Below are positions 60,401 to 64,000 of a stretch of DNA of 64,000 nucleotides, piece by piece. Position 1 is the first letter of the stretch. Every line of letters starts with the position of its first letter. Location of the stretch: the NCBI GenBank assembly GCA_950097015.1, contig CATNEN010000039.1, positions 14,632,001-14,696,000 of the forward strand, read 5' to 3'. Made by a program: the position numbers and the translations under genes. Below the pieces are notes generated by a model that had not been told where the DNA came from, did not search any database, and saw only the letters and a program-made list of their open reading frames with translations. Source of the DNA: Macrostomum hystrix. Its lineage: Eukaryota; Animalia; Platyhelminthes.

Positions 60401-61470
60401 AAGCCATACTACAAGTCAGCCAAAATACGGATGGCAACGGGGCCCGCTCGGAGTTAGGCAGATTGCCTTTATTATACAACATCCAGAAAAGAAGCATTTC
60501 GTACTGGGCCTCCATAACAAGCCGGCCGGACTCCATAATTTTCAAGTTATTGGCGGACCAAACATATACAGTGATGTTGGAATCAAAACAAAGACCAACA
60601 ATGACGTTATGCTGAACTGCAGAGGCATTAGTTCCGCAAAAGCAATTGGAAACCACAGGAAAAATTTCGTTTCGTTTCGTTTCGATACCCATTGGAGACA
60701 AAGGACACAGAACTCAAGCAAGCTAAGTCACTTCTATTACTCCTTAAAGCAATATTATTCAGCCGAAAAATATTTACAACAAATATACAACCCGGAGTTG
60801 AGACGTACCATAGCCTCGTTTAGACTAGGAAACCATAAGCTAGCTTGCGAAACATTGCGAACTGCGAGACCGAAAATTCCGTATGAGAATAGATTATGTA
60901 GTAAGTGCAAAACAGAAGTTGAAAACGAGGTCCACTTCCTTTTTAAGTGCACTTGGAATAAGTATAGCGCCGCACGTTCGAATTTTGAGACGGAAGTTTC
61001 TGGGAAAACCCCCAATTTCATATCCTTAACAGCAGAAGAAAAATCTAACTACATAATGGCTCAAGACGATAGGGAAACCACTGAAGCTTTAGCAAAATAC
61101 ATCATAGATATCTCTAAAATAAGGGAACAGCTGCCCTGAGACTACGAGCTCGTATTAACATTTAACAATATATATATTGTTTTATTCCTGGCGTCCCTTG
61201 TGTTTTTACTGCTCTTATTTTTAATACCTTTGCTTTTGCTTTTCCCTTCCCAGCTCGATAGTGGAATCCTACAAAACTTCGCTTTTTATGTTATGTTTTT
61301 CGTTGTCCATTAAAATATTTGTTGTCAAAAAAATATATAAAATTAAAAAAATCTGCACCCATAGATGTCGTGCGCGTTTTAATAATACGCTCGTAAAAAA
61401 ATAAATAAAAGGAATAAAATAATAATAATAATAATAAAAATATAAAAATAATAATAAAATAATAATAATA
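57478..61470 (+). mobile_element. Decayed, 5'-truncated non-LTR retrotransposon (RTE-X-like): AP endonuclease + reverse transcriptase + C-terminal Cys/His motif
   Basis: APE motifs YILGCYIPPENS, VGDLNARTG and STIDY. RT motifs KAAGIDGI, NYRPISVL, GFRTSDH, GVRQGCPLSPLLFSLYI, LLYCDDL and KYLG. C-terminal FRLGNHKL..RLCSKC..VENEVHFLFKC. (AAT)n tail at about 61400-61470. Many frameshifts and stops. The clade call comes from motif recall. Confidence 0.9.
57589..58134. mobile_element. Non-autonomous hAT (Buster/Charlie-type) MITE nested in the LINE endonuclease region
   Basis: TIRs CAGGGGTAGGAAAAC / GTTTGCCGACCCCTG. Perfect 8-bp TSD TCTTAGGG at 57581-57588 and 58135-58142 (central TA). Subterminal GCGGGCC repeats and an internal GGAGAGAT(T/G)AGACAC minisatellite. 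Confidence 0.92.
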
Positions 61471-62153
61471 CTAATTATTATTGTTATAAATGCCCTCTGC
61501 CTACTTCACGATAGCTCCCAGCCCGAATGACCGACTTTCATAAAAGTTCCGCCATGTTGGATCAAAATTTTCCGTCTTTTTTGATCGGAGACGGAGACCC
61601 TGGTGACAAGGACAGCTAACATTGCACTGCATAAACCTCCATAGCGAAACTTTATAACCATATTAAATCGTTGAATGTCTCTATGATGCCGTTGTTTTTT
61701 TATTCTGAAATTTGTTTCGTCCGATAGAGCGGAAAATTTGAGTCCGTATTCTGCATTTTCACGGCGATTGGTTGCATTTTTAGGAGATACTGAAGACAAA
61801 ATAAAAGCGTGGGTATTTGAACTGTTACTTATCAAAAAATAATATTTTGCCTACTGAACTGAAAACCCTTCAAAACTTACTGATTGGTTTCGAATTTAAG
61901 AAGCAGCATAAATTTGTTACAATTTTTTGCATCTTCGATGTCAAAAAATTATCTATAATATTTAGTATAGTACCCGTCCCTAGTACTCGTAGTAAATGGT
62001 CAAGAATGTTACTGGGTACGAAGCGTTGCATTCGCAAGCAATAAATTTCAAAACCTAAAAATCACTCCGACAATCACTAACTCGTTAGTGCTTTTAAGTC
62101 TTGCGCCGTTGCGACCGTTGGGACTTGCTTTCACAAGCCGTCAGTCAGACCAG

Positions 62154-64000
62154 TCAGGTGGACAGCTGCTTGACCAGGAAGCAGAGGGTCGTGAACAGTT
62201 TGTCCGGCTCGATGTCTGTCGGGTTCTCGCCCATCAGCGAGCACAGCTGGTGATACAGACTGTACGCCAGCTGCTGCCGAGACACCAGCGCTGGGATCTC
62301 CTTCGACGCCTGCTCCAGACTTGAGGACAATCTAGCAGACGGCTCGTCTGTATGGGCGCACTCCTCCTTGAGCTGAATCAGGCCCTTCTGTAGCTGCTCA
62401 AGCTCCAGACTAACGGAAGGCAGGGAAACTTTCGGCACCTCGAAGTTGAACTGCTGACTAAGGCGCGCCAATTCCTCTGGCGTTAGCTTGCTTCGGGCAG
62501 TTTTGCGAACAAAATCTAGAACGGTCTCACGGCCTGAACTGTCCGGGATGCGCGCGATGGTCTCTATGGAGGTCAATCGGAAACCGGGAGCGTAGCGCTT
62601 CCGTCCGGAATTCATAAAGTTGCCCAGAACCAGAAAGTAGGTGAGCAGCTTCTGTAAGATGGGCCGGCAGGTGAGGCTTCGGCTGCAGGCCCTACTGAGG
62701 CACTCGATCTTCTGGTTGCAGTCGCTGCAGCGGTCGCAGTAGGAGTCCAAGAAGGCAATGACCAGCAGCTTGCTAGGAACCCGCTCAATGCAGGCCAGAC
62801 GGACGTAAAACTGGTCGGCTTCGCCAAGCTGGTGCAGGCGGCTCCGGTTTTTGGCAACCAGCTTGATCTCCGAGCGAGACGTTGGCAGGAACTTGTAGAG
62901 AATCTCAGCCATTTCTCCGCTGACGACTTTCGTGTCGATCGCTTCAATCGCGCGGCAAATGTCCGCGTCTTCCACTCGAAAGCGACGCTTTGTGATGACC
63001 AGATTCTGGGCGGTCCTCTCGTCCAGTAAAACTGTCTTCTGTTCTTGCTCTGGCTGCTGTTGAAGTACGTGCTGCTGGTGCAGCTGTCGACCACCCGCAG
63101 GCCCCTTGGGACCAGGCGCTGTCTCCTTGGACGCAGGTCCGGGTCGATACAAGCGCCCTGGAGCTGCAGGCGTCATGTGACTGAATTTGCGTTGAAAGTC
63201 GCCTAGATCAATGTCCTTGAGCAGATTTTCCTGCTCCTGCTGAGCCGCCTCAAACACAGTTCCCTTCACTGTGTACAGCGGGTCCCAGTGGCAGGCTGGC
63301 AGATGAGTTCGACTGTTGATCAGGGCAGAGTAGTCCTCCTTCAGCCTGTCGTAGACTGACTCGTAGTATTCATTCTCTGGATCCTCGGCCGGCGGGCGAC
63401 CACCGCCGTCCACTGCTGACAGTGGCGGAGGCGGTGGGGGTGCTGGAGGCGGCGGAGGTGGCGGCGTTGGAAGCGGTGTCGGCGTCTGCTGGTGCTGCAG
63501 CCCGGTAGCCGTTGGCTTCAGTGTCGATGCCGGTGTCGCCGGCGCGGGAGTCGACTTTTTAGTTTTGAGATTCTCGAGCTCCTCAATGGCAAGGGTGAGC
63601 TTTTGATCACTTTGCGTCAACTTTTTCTCCAGGTGGTTTACCTCGTCTCGGAGCACTTCGTTGCGGGCCTCAGCAATGGAGGCTCTGTCGGCAATCAACT
63701 GGACATCGATGTGAAGTACCTTGATTTTCCCAATGAGCTCATCTAAGCAGTTTAAGGTGTACTTCTTTTCCAATTCATTTGTTTCGCTCACATTTTCAAG
63801 GCATTTTTCAAATGTCTCAAAGCTGTAGCCGTGAACCCGCAGGTGCTCGATTATGAAGACGCGTTGATCAAGAGTGACACAGTTCGTCAATAGGTTGTAG
63901 AAGGTCGAAACGATCGACAGCTTCACGCGAAGCTCCTGCAGCTCAGGGTTAGCTGGCGGGCTGTACATCAGATACCAGACAATGAAGGGCACAAGGCCAT
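62154..64000 (-). CDS. Formin, FMNL-like (partial FH3, coiled coil, FH1, FH2); 5' end outside window
   Basis: Open frame to the window edge. Polyproline FH1. FH2 motifs HWDPL..VKGTVF, LLDERTAQNLVIT, LVLGNFMNSG...GFRLTSI and MGENP..EPDKLF. The arrangement resembles the FMNL subfamily. Confidence 0.88.
   Translation of the reverse strand, partial: GLVPFIVWYLMYSPPANPELQELRVKLSIVSTFYNLLTNCVTLDQRVFIIEHLRVHGYSFETFEKCLENVSETNELEKKYTLNCLDELIGKIKVLHIDVQLIADRASIAEARNEVLRDEVNHLEKKLTQSDQKLTLAIEELENLKTKKSTPAPATPASTLKPTATGLQHQQTPTPLPTPPPPPPPAPPPPPPLSAVDGGGRPPAEDPENEYYESVYDRLKEDYSALINSRTHLPACHWDPLYTVKGTVFEAAQQEQENLLKDIDLGDFQRKFSHMTPAAPGRLYRPGPASKETAPGPKGPAGGRQLHQQHVLQQQPEQEQKTVLLDERTAQNLVITKRRFRVEDADICRAIEAIDTKVVSGEMAEILYKFLPTSRSEIKLVAKNRSRLHQLGEADQFYVRLACIERVPSKLLVIAFLDSYCDRCSDCNQKIECLSRACSRSLTCRPILQKLLTYFLVLGNFMNSGRKRYAPGFRLTSIETIARIPDSSGRETVLDFVRKTARSKLTPEELARLSQQFNFEVPKVSLPSVSLELEQLQKGLIQLKEECAHTDEPSARLSSSLEQASKEIPALVSRQQLAYSLYHQLCSLMGENPTDIEPDKLFTTLCFLVKQLST

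Overview
Eukaryotic (invertebrate animal) genomic DNA with spliceosomal introns and an extreme density of unrelated minisatellites. The style is most consistent with a free-living flatworm such as Macrostomum, which is an inference. Six protein-coding genes can be assembled by hand with phase-consistent GT-AG introns: the last two exons of ALDH1L (10-formyl-THF dehydrogenase, +); a 7-exon TR2/TR4-type (NR2C/HR78-like) orphan nuclear receptor (+) with an antisense tRNA-Ala(CGC) in an intron; a 7-exon secreted, probably GPI-anchored Cys-rich protein with two internal repeats (-); an intronless orphan class A GPCR (+); a 5-exon, 7-EC protocadherin with a very short cytoplasmic tail (-); and the 3' part of a divergent FMNL-type formin (-). 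Mobile DNA comprises two tRNA-derived SINE families (several copies each) and a decayed RTE-X-like LINE carrying a nested hAT MITE with an 8-bp TSD. Most long ORFs in the supplied track are artefacts of stop-free tandem repeats. No prokaryotic systems (CRISPR, operons) are present, and I could not demonstrate a new system. The best leads are a quadruplicated in-frame splice donor in the protocadherin, nuclear-receptor half-site-laden satellites next to the NR2C gene, the pattern of private minisatellites per intron, and the uncharacterised GPI protein.
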